NCBI RefSeq assembly: GCF_009834535.1
Contig: NC_045696.1
Location: 10,914,001 to 10,978,000, forward strand
Direction of reading: 5' to 3'
Source: Camelus ferus
Taxonomy: Eukaryota
Length of the DNA stretch: 64,000 nucleotides
Each line of letters opens with the position of its first letter. Position 1 is the first letter of the stretch. The notes under the pieces were generated by a model. It made no database searches and had not been told where the DNA came from. It worked only from the letters and a program-made list of their open reading frames with translations. Of this stretch, positions 52,901 through 64,000 are shown piece after piece. A program made the translations under genes and the position numbers.

Positions 52901-55900
52901 TGTTAAGAATATATCTGCTAAAAAAAGAGTATATCTGCTACTGAAATTTTACTTTGTAATTTGTAGTGACTTGTCATCTTGAATATATTCTCTGTCTTGC
53001 TTTCTGATTTTTTAAAAAATTTCCTTTGTTGATTAAATGTCTGATCTTTAAAATGTAAGTTTTTTTTTCATGTAGGATCATAATATTGGATTGCCCATAG
53101 TAGTGTGATTTTGCATTTTATTTTTATTCAAGTATCATTAGTCTTTAAAGTATAAATTATATTCATTTTAGGCTTCTGGTATATACTGTCTAGTAAATTT
53201 TGTGCCTCAGTCTATAGTATTGAGAAAATGGACGGAGAAAAATCCTGCCTCCATTTAGTTCACAGGTGGATCTCTCTGACATTCTAGGATGGTTGTTGCA
53301 GAGAAAAATTGCAGACCACTTGACTCTTTTCAGTAAAGCAGTTTACTCAAGACAGGCTAAGAATTAACACGGATTAACACTTGTACTGCTTTGCTAAAAT
53401 TCTTGAGTTCTTGTCAAGACCATTTTGACCCATGTGGATTTTATCTTTGGCATATAGACATAACTTAAGTAGATATATTTCTCCCCAGATCTCCCTTGGG
53501 AAAGAATACCAACCCTACCCGACTTCTCCTAAGCTTTTGTAAGCAGAGAAGGGTGTTTGGAATATTTGCTTTAAGAAATTTCTAAAACCCAGCTTTGAAT
53601 CAAGTTTATGGTTTTGCTTTAGAAATAGGCTAGTGTAAGAGATTGTTATAACCTATTTATAGGCCCTATGTTTTACTAGTTTCTGTGTTATTTTGTTAAG
53701 TTCAGAATCACAATGTGTAATTATTCAGTAAGGTTAGATCCTGAGTAGTTATACTGAGGGATCCTCCTTGTGCAGAACTTCCTTCTCCTTCCTTCTGTGT
53801 TCGTCCACACAGATAGTCTGGCTGGATAATGTCATGTGATTATGGGCTGAAAACTACAGATTTTTTAATTGTGCTTTTTTTGATAGATACAGTAATTTTT
53901 GAGACATCAAGACAGTCGAGCAATCCTGCCAGATTGTCACCGAGCTGGCCTCTTTTCTTGGGTTGGGTTGAGGATTAGGTCAGTGGTTCCCTATTATTTA
54001 GCTCAGTAGTTTTTAAAGCCAGCCTGTCTTTAACAGGGATCATGAGTATCTTTTATCATTTCCCCCACCATTCTAAAAGAGTAGGTAATAGAGGAATGAA
54101 AATAATGGATATTGATTAAAAAAAATCAGAATACCAAGGCCCCAAATTCATTTCCTCATAGAAGATAAACAAGGACTTTTGACTTAGCCTGGTTGTAAAT
54201 GGTGGTTAGTCGTCCTGTGTGTTCTCAGGACTGGAATTTATTTTAGAGGATCCTTGAAGTTAATGTTGCCTAGTGAGATGTCCCACCTCGAAGTCACGGA
54301 CCGACAATCCTTAGGCAATTGCCCCTTGTTCTGCCTCTCTTTCTCCATGATTAATTCCTCTCAGGTTCTTAAATTAAAATATTTTAAAGGAATCTTTGGG
54401 AGTGATTTTAAAATGCAGATTCACAGCCTCAGCCTCATATCAGCTGAAATAGAATCTCTTAGAATGGGGCCAGGAATCTGCATTTTTAACAGATTCCCTG
54501 CCGCTCAAATTTGAGCACTCCTGTTGGGCGGGGTCCTCCTCTGCTGACCTTGCAGCACATCCAGCCCCGTCTGCTCCCGCCGGCCGCGGCTCCTGAGTCA
54601 GCAAAGCGGCGCTGACGCCCAGCCCCATCATTCTCCTGGGTCCAGGGACTCTCTCTCTCTTTTCATTCCCTCTCCTGTCATCTCAGTTAAGGTCTTCATA
54701 ATTTCTTCTCACCTGGAAGATTGTCACAGTGTTCTAACTGGTCTCCTGGCTTTCAGGCAGTCCTTTCCACTTTTAATCTGTTAATGCTCATCAGATCTAC
54801 TAGGCCCGCATTTCTTCTTCTTGTGGCTCCATCACCCTGTGCCTGTTCACACCTGGCTGTTCTCTGACAGGGCTCCTCTGCTCCCCAGATTAAGGTTTGT
54901 TGTTTTCCAGCAGCCGACTCAGATCTCGTGGAATGGACTCCAGTCACTCCTCTCTTTATTAAATCCTTGAATTCTTCCAATAGGTATTATTCCATATACA
55001 TTAGGTGTCTGTAGTCTTGTGTCCTATGAGAAATTCAAAGCGATGTTCTAGTTATGCTTCCAGAAAGAACTCACAATCTGTTCAGGGAGTCAGGCCTTTT
55101 ACAGAAAAGGCAAATGTCAGTATCAATTAGTCTGAGGCATCAGAAGAGTTGTCATAAGATGCTGCACAGTTAAGAATGATATTTTACATGCTGGCAACTC
55201 ACCCATTTTACTTACGATTTCCTTTCTCTGAAGTTATTTAGCATTTATAGTTTGTAGTATCACTCTGATATTATATTATAGTCTATATTAATCTTAAAAG
55301 ATGTAAACATCATGAGATTTTGCTCCTGGCATAGTGTTGCATACTGAATTTTTGGCTGAATTGAAGTTTCAGAAATATGTGAACATGAAGCCATAACATT
55401 GTCAGAAAATGATGTTCCATACCACCCATTTAAATGGTTTTCTAAAAATATGTTTGATGCGACTTGTTAAAAATAATGGGTAAATTTATGGTTTTTTAAA
55501 GCCTTAAAAGTTTCCAGAGTGCTACTTTTAGTGCCATTGATATAACTCTTTTATTATAAAATTTTTTTTTTAACATTGAGTAACAAAGCCTAGTCTAATC
55601 TAACCAGTATATTGCTGTGAGAGTTACAATACGTAGCTAGTTGTGTGTATGTGTTGGGGAGCAGGGTGGTAGGGATCAACCACAGCCATTATACCTGAAA
55701 AATATGAGAACTTATATTTTTTACCATCTTGACAGTTAAGAGTACTGTGGAAGATGAATGAGTAAACAGAATGCTGAATCTCAAACTTTTATAGAGTTAT
55801 AGGCAATTACCTGAGATTACTTCAAAGAAGTATTGCCTTCCGCTGAGTTTTCTGGAGTCTAAAAATGCTTCAAGTCCTGGAGCACACCTTTCAAGTTTTA

Positions 55901-57068
55901 AAATTTTATGCAGACTATTAAGCACTAGAAAATGAAATTGAATATACATGTGACATTTGGCTGATCAATTTCTTATTAAGAAGAAAAACACTAAAGAGAG
56001 AATCCACTAATTTCTCAGGACAGCCATTCAATTGTCTCACTTATCAGAACAGGAGGGAGAATGCGGAATGAATGATAATACTGTAAATTCAACTTTTGAA
56101 TTACATGAGCACATGAAAGCTTATTTTTTCTAGCTTTATTTGTCCAACTGCTTGACTGATTTGGCAACCCTTCTCCCATGCCCCCTTTAAAGTCACTTTG
56201 TTTACAGATTAGCGGGAATGACTTCTGGGAAACTTTGATCCCAAAGTCTCAGAGGGAGATGTTTAAAAGGGAAATTCAGGGAAATAATCTGATCTCACCT
56301 TTGTATTTCTTCTTGGCGTCTGTTACATCTTTCTCAATTCGGTCTCATCTCTCTGCTACTTTTCTACATGAGAAAAGAAAAACTGTAACAAAACACAATA
56401 GGTGGTTATTTTCCATCTGGTTTAATTTTCTTAACCCTCATTTTCTTATTTTGCAAGATGTGCTGTTACTATAGTTGTGTGACTGAGAGATTGACTTGGA
56501 AAGTCTTTTTCCAGGAACAATATTTTTAATGTGTTGCATCTTTGGATAAGGGAATGGTAAGTAGAGTATTCAGCATAACAGAGGAAAAAAATATGTAAAC
56601 ATTGCACTTGTAGGCAGCCTAGAAGAGGAGGAATTTTAGTCAGATGGCCTAAATTGTCATTCGAATCTTTTTTGGAATTAGTGTCCCTAGGAGGACACTT
56701 CCCTTGGCTGTATTTGTTTTTTTTTTATTGCCCAAGTGGCAATATCTGTTGGCTTATGTTGTTTGAGCTTAAAACAAAGTAGTGTATATGAGAGCAGTCT
56801 TAAATATATTTCATAAATAAAAATTCCTGTTAGTTTACTTTACAAGTGTTTGATAATGAACTAACTTGTTCTTTTTCATGAGGTTGTGTTTTACAAAATA
56901 AAAAGAAGAAACCTCTAGAACTTGTTTTTTTAAAAGAATACTATGAATGACAGTCCTTCAACTTACTACAATTTTTAGCAAATGAATTATTACCTGTTGT
57001 AAACAATGGTATTTCTTTTGTCCACATGCTGCCTTTTGGTATGATTAAATATAATTTTCTTGTCCTAG

Positions 57069-57130
57069 GTGGGATCTCACCGTGTCCGTATGTCAAGGGG
57101 ATTTGAAGCCAATGCACCTGCTTTTGACAG
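57069..57130 (+). CDS. SYNJ1: SYNJ1 exon 7
   Basis: tcctAG|gtg...acag|GTGAGA; VGSHRVRMSRGFEANAPAFD(R). Confidence 0.95.
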
Positions 57131-57354
57131 GTGAGACTGATTATTTTTACATAGCGCCGTTAAGTTTTGACATAGTTAAGTGGTAAGACTCTTGTAATTA
57201 CATTTATTGATTCATTTCAGCTTTTGGCTCTAAGTAATATTTCTTCCTGACTCCTAATTTCACTGGAAGACAGTGACACTTAACCATTATACATTCTAGG
57301 AATGATGGCACTAGGTGTGTGGGTCTTGATGTCTTGGCCTTAAAACTACCTCTG

Positions 57355-57680
57355 ATGGGTGTGCTCCTGGATTCGGTAGCCACTAGCCACGTGGAGCTCT
57401 TGAGCATTTCAAATTGACTAGTCCAAGTTGAGATGTGCTGTAGGTGTGAAGTACACACTGGATTTCAGACTTAGTGCAAAAAAAGAAAAGCAGAATACCT
57501 TATTAATATTTCTTTTACATGTTAATTACCTGTAGAAATGATAGCTTAGCTGTATTGGGTTACATAAAATATATGTAAATTAATTCATTTGTTTATTTTT
57601 GCTTTCTTAAATGTACCATCTAGAAAATTAAAAATTGTATCTGTGGCTTATGTTATATTTCCTTTGCATGGCATTGCTCT
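57355..57680. mobile_element. MER33-like hAT-Charlie MITE
   Basis: gtagccactagccacgtgg...ttgagatgtgctgta...tacacactggatttc motifs. Confidence 0.75.
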
Positions 57681-58152
57681 TCACCCTCTTGCATGGTTAG
57701 AAGCTGGAGGGAAAAGGGGCTCATATTTGGGGCCTATTTTCCTTAAGGCTGGAGCTCTAAGGAGGCCTCTGAAGATTGACGGAGTATGTGATGTCCTCAC
57801 GTGTGAAGTGCAGCCCTGCGCCCTCTGCCCCAGCTGCCTTCCCAGCAAGCTGGGTGACCTGTGTTTTCCATGCCTGTCTAGCATCAGCCTGAGTGGAGAG
57901 GGAGCTGGATGACTCTAACAGCTCCAGCATAGGTGGGAATTTTAGCATTGATAAGTCAGAGAGGAAACTGCATTAACTGAGTTTTCATAAATTTAGAGTT
58001 TTGAGACTGTGTGAAATGAATTTGTATCCAGTTGTGTCAGTTCTGTGAGTTTAAAATACTGCCATGTAGGTCCTGTTTAATAATGGTTTCCTATTAATTG
58101 AAAAAAATTTTTGGCTTATCATTGATGTATGCTTATTTCCTTTCTTTAATAG

Positions 58153-58249
58153 GCATTTTAGAACACTTAAGAATTTATATGGTAAACAAATAATAGTAAA
58201 TTTGCTTGGCTCTAAGGAAGGTGAACATATGCTAAGTAAGGCTTTCCAG
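58153..58249 (+). CDS. SYNJ1: SYNJ1 exon 8
   Basis: taatAG|g...cag|[38 protein letters not shown]. Confidence 0.95.
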
Positions 58250-58800
58250 GTAAATATAATCATTTTTTTTTCTTCTGTTCTGGCCCATGGATGCCTAAAA
58301 TGGTACTTTTAAAATAATATAATATAATAATCAAATTCTTCCAGGAAATAAATTACTTCCAAGTGAAAGGTTGGGTACTTCTTGGAACCATTAACTCTTT
58401 GAGGCAGTTAAGCAACAGCTTAGAGTAATGTTGCTGAAATTGGGATTATGGAAAGCTTTCAAGGCAACTGACTCTGTTTTCTAATCTCCTTATTTATGTT
58501 GTAGAGAAGCAGAAGAATACCTTCCCCCCAAAAATATTCATTTGTCACTGGTAGAAAGATACCAGGCAGTCTCCTCCTTTATCTGTTCATTGTCTTGTCT
58601 ATTTCCTGGAAACCAAAGTCATTGTTTTAAACCTATGAAGTGGTGAATAATGCATTTGTGTACATGCAAGACTATACCTTGTATTGAGAAAGAAAATTTG
58701 GATTTGGGAATTTCAAGTAAATAAGAACCTAAAGAAATGTATGACTTCTAAAGAAAAAATATTTTTTACAGATGTTTATTGATTCAATAATGAATTAATA

Positions 58801-58952
58801 GGGGGAGGGTATAGCTCAGTGGTAGAGTGCGTGCCTATCATCCATGAGGTCCTGGGTTCAATCCCCAGTTCCTCCATTAAAACAAACAAACAAACAAACA
58901 AGCAAACAAACAAACAAACTGAATTACCTCCTCCCCCCAAATTAAAAAAAAA
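58801..58952 (+). mobile_element. tRNA-derived SINE (Vic-1-like)
   Basis: GGGGGAGGGTATAGCTCAGTGGTAGAG head, (AAAC)n linker, A tail; degenerate TSD GAATT(A/G)ATA. Confidence 0.9.
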
Positions 58953-59580
58953 GAATTGATATAAATTATGGTGTTACATAAGGTTATAAGCTTAAATTAA
59001 ACAACATGGTTAGAAAACATTTTCTAAAGTTCAAGTTAATGAAGTCCAGAATTATTTATTATTATAATAATTTATTATTTGGCTATTTTGTTTTAATATT
59101 ATTAGTAAACAATTTATACTTTAGCGAATGACCTTTTTATGCTAAACTTTTAAAATATCTGTATGTGTTGAATGAAGTTACAAAAAATGAATTTTTCAGT
59201 CTTTGATAGGCTTTGTCTTAAAAATAATTTTCTTTATTTTGAGATTCTGTAATAGATATAAACAGTCATTATGTTCGCATAGTAAATGAAATGCTGGTAG
59301 TTGAAAATCGCTTTTCATTTTCTAAACCAGATGAGAATGTTATTTAAATTCCCTTATATTAATTATGTCATACCTAATCTCTCTGGGATTGTGAATGAGG
59401 TTTTAGGGAAAAGATGCCATAAGATATCAGCAAGTAATTTTCCATTTTACTGCCAGTGGTAATGAAAGCTTTGTGAGATTAGTAAGATTTCAAGGACCAT
59501 GCTGAGATTTTAATTTAAACTGTAAGTTTCCATTTATAACACTGTATTGATAAGATCAGATTTGGTTAACATTTAAATGA

Positions 59581-59826
<246 letters not shown>

Positions 59827-60406
59827 TAATTAAGTAAAATATCTTCCTTTATTATATTTGATTTTAAGCTTTTTTTCTTTCTTTAGAATTCAGCAAGTGG
59901 TGATAATAGATTACATTACTGGGCACATACTAGGGGTTGGGCAGTGTACTTAGTCTTTACAAGTATTAATAACAACTGTAGGGATAGGTTCTATTACTGT
60001 CACCATTCGCATCTGAGGACATGGAGGCATAAAGCCATCATCCGCCCCAAGTCCCATAACTGGGAGGCATTAGAGCTAGGATTCATCTGGCTCCAGACTT
60101 AATGCTCTATTCTATTTCTCTCTTAAAATTAATGTCTTAATATTTTGTGACCTTAGTAAGGCTTATTAAATGCAAATAAAAATAAAAAAACACTATTATC
60201 GTCTGCTTTAGCATAGAACTGTAGGGTTATAAATCTGAATGTGTGTTCAGCTCCTAACTGCTGGCCTAATTAAAAATAAGTGGATGTGGCTGAAAAGAGA
60301 GATGTGTAGTAAAGAATATATGGCAAAGTGTTAACAGTTACAGAATCTGGATGGTTGGTTAACGGATGTTCAATGTAAAATTGTTTCACTTTTTTTGTAT
60401 GTTTGA

Positions 60407-60682
<276 letters not shown>

Positions 60683-62981
60683 TAACATTTTATGTTTCTC
60701 ATTAATTTTCATAAAATGAAGTTATGCTAAAGGCATTCTTCTAGTTTTTTTTTTTGCCAACATCCCTTTTCATTTAAATGTTTCCTTTATCTGTTCTAAT
60801 TACTTCCTTTAAATAGCTTCTATTTCCCTCTATCGTTTAACTTTCTCTTAAAAAAAAAGTGCTATTTATACTATTCCAGTAATTGCTTCTTTTGCCTGTC
60901 TTTTGGATAAAGAAAAAATATGTATATATATGTATATATTTGGCCTTCATTCTCTTTTAAAAGTCTTTTCAGAATTGGGGAGGATTTGTTTTCACACGTA
61001 CAGCTCAATAGTATTATATACTTGACAGAGTCTTATGCAGAGCAGTTTACATGGCATTTTCAAATCAGTTGCTACAAAAAACAGGATCAGATGAAAAATG
61101 TCATTGTCAGAATGAAAGTAAATGAGAGCCAACTTCTCCAACAAAGTCTTTCAAAGTGTTTTTCTTTATTACTAAATCTATCAGATTCAGTCTAATTTAG
61201 GCATAGTCTCAACTATTTGACAAACTGTGAAGCAATGCTGAGATTCCTAAGTCTTACCTATTATGCAATAGTTAGGGTCCTAGGGCTATCCTGGGTCTTC
61301 ATTTAGTTCCATAGGAACTTAACATAGTTCTCAAATACTGTAAAAAACAGGAATAGAAAGTAACATGTTCTTGTTTTCTCTAGTAAATCATCTTAGATTT
61401 GGCCAGAATATTGGTTAATTTCTTCTTTCTATCTCAAAAATGAAAATATGCTGTGTAGAATTCTCTGCTACAGAAATATATTTTTCATGCAACTAAATAA
61501 ATGTTACTATCATGAACATCTACTTCATTTACTCGCAATATACAGTCATTGACCCTGAGCAAAAAAGTATTCAAAATAAAAATTAAATATTAACAATTAA
61601 AAAAACTGTTACTACCCTGCCTTTTTTGAAGTCTGTCATTGAATTTTATCATTTTAATTTATTTGGAAAATCTGACAGAGACAAGAAAAGTGAAAGCAGG
61701 CATTTGGTCATTGGGATGGAGTTTGTCACATGGCCCAGGGTTGTTTTGAGTTCTGTTCTTAAGTGGCTGAATACATGTAGTTAGATTCTGAGAGTAAACT
61801 TAGTGAAATACTTAAACATCTTCATTAAAAGTTAAACAGGTGTTTTCAGAATCTGACTTGACTAAGTACCCACTGTTCATTTTTAGGTGTGAGAATATTC
61901 CGTGGTATAGCAAGTGGTTAACTGGTTACAAAAGTTACTGCTAAAGTAGGCAAAACTGGACTACTAGTGGTGAAGACTATTTTGCCCAGTTCCTTAAAAA
62001 AAAAGGTATAATTATAAAGGAGACTCTGGAATTTTTTTTTTTTAATTCTCCATGCTAGCAAAGAATAGCTTTCGTGTAAGTCCCTTGGCAATCAGATAGA
62101 CTCAGTTTAGGTTTTCTTTTATATTATTTTAGTTTTTGATCCCTCTATAAGTATCTCCACTGATAGACAAAATAAAAGAAAACACAAGTGGTGGGGAGTT
62201 AAGAAAAATGCAAGGCACAAGTTACGACTATATTCCAAATAAGAGAAATAGACTGGATAAGGATTATACATTGCCAGACTGACTCTGCCAGACTTCAAGG
62301 CTAAAATTCATTCAGAGTAAAGACCAGTAACTTTTCTCAACACTTCTACCGTGATCTGTGATGAAGGAACTGTGCTGGCCTAGGAATCCTTGCAGTCTTT
62401 GCATGCTGTGTTTACACTGGTTCTCCCTTCTATGCATTATCAGTATGAATTTTATTCTATAAAAGCTGATGTGACTTTATTCAGAGAGATGACTTGTTTT
62501 TTAAATTTTAGTAACAGTTCAAGAGCAGCTCTACTTTTCTCATAGTCTTCTGACCTTAATTAGCCAAACTTACAGAACCAAATCCCCAAACTAAAGAAAT
62601 TTAGTTATATATATTTAAATAAACTAGGTAAATATTTCTTTGCTCCAATGCATGCTGTTGCATAATTAGTTCTTTTAGGTGAACAAGGTAAACTTGTTTG
62701 ATTTATAGGGACATTTTAATAAAATAATATCATTTAGCCAGAAAGAAATTCTTATTACGATAAGGGGGTGCTGAGTTGCTTGTAGATTTCACTGATGTGG
62801 CACTTACTTTAGAAACTGAAATGGTGGGAAATAACACAGCTTAGTAAACTGTTGTGTTTTCAGAATCCAATCCCCCATAGTCCTATAACTGTATATTTTT
62901 GGTTTCATTCTGGCAGTTCTTAAAATGTCACATAATAATTAATGTATTAACATACATATAAGATTTCCTTTGTTATTTTAG

Positions 62982-63152
<171 letters not shown>

Positions 63153-64000
63153 TAATGTTGTAAAAGATCCTCTTTTTCCTTTTTTAATAAAGCTTTAAAT
63201 GGATTCTTTTTTAAATTGATAGGCTTTTTGTTTGTTTTTTAGGTATCTGTTTTAGAATTCTGTTTTATCATGCTTTTATGTCCTCTGACACTTCCTTCTA
63301 TATTGGATACTAATGACTGAGTGAAGGTAGCTATTTCCCTAGGTTTGGAGGGTGTATATGTATGACCTTTGGTTGTTTAGTGATAATCCACTAGACCTAC
63401 ATATGTACTGCTTACATTTTTAAAATGATTTTCACTTGCATGTCTGTTTTACTTTTCATAATGTTTATTTTGATTAAAAATATGATTTTTTAAAAAATCC
63501 TATCCATTAGTCCTTCTAATAAAAGGTTTTTTCTCACTTGTGTTTGTGTCCCCAGCACTTTAGATAGTTCATACTGTTGAATAGATGTGTGACAGATGCT
63601 GGATGGACAATAAACCAATGGGCAATTTATCCACTGTGGGTCCACTATGAACCCAATGCTATTAGGGCTTAAGTTATTTTTTTTTTTAATCTTATTTTGA
63701 AAAGGAGGCTGTCAAAATTGCAAACGAAGTGTGAGATCTGGACTTAATTATAATTCTGTGCCTTATCATTACTTTTTTATTGCTGGTATTACCTGCAAAC
63801 TACTTTCTACTCTACTGTTTGGCCCTTATTGAGGGACTTTGGATACATACTTAAGTTATTTTTCATTATTTTTTATACTTAATTATTGAATTTTTAAAGC
63901 TCCTGGCCTCAGTTGAATTTATTAATATTCTAAATCTTTACAATTTCTCAAATTACCCCAGGAATAGAAACAAGGACATTTACCACTTTTATAGTTTCTT

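Overview
This is eukaryotic, mammalian, AT-rich genomic DNA. It is most likely from a camelid, because it carries six tRNA-derived SINEs that resemble the camelid Vic-1 family. Two spliced genes lie in tandem on the + strand. The first is the 3' half of PAXBP1 (GCFC1): 11 coding exons, 1453-17732, stop TAG 17730-17732, 3'UTR to about 18.8 kb. The second, after a gap of about 6.5 kb, is the CpG-island promoter and first 11 exons of SYNJ1 (synaptojanin-1): 25274-63134, covering most of the SAC1 phosphatase domain including the CX5RT motif. All listed exons have GT-AG boundaries with consistent phases. The rest is intronic or intergenic sequence with L1, L2, MIR, CR1, hAT, MaLR and ERV relics. 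Most ORFs in the supplied track are spurious. I found no convincing new biological system. The most interesting signals are at the splicing level: a PAXBP1 poison exon plus a frameshifting alternative donor, a phase-compatible PAXBP1-to-SYNJ1 read-through junction, an intact 40-aa N-terminal extension of SYNJ1, two candidate in-frame microexons, and an L1 inserted inside a PAXBP1 3' splice-site region. Gene identities, human comparisons and repeat family names come from recall, not from database searches. Repeat boundaries without target-site duplications (TSDs) are approximate.
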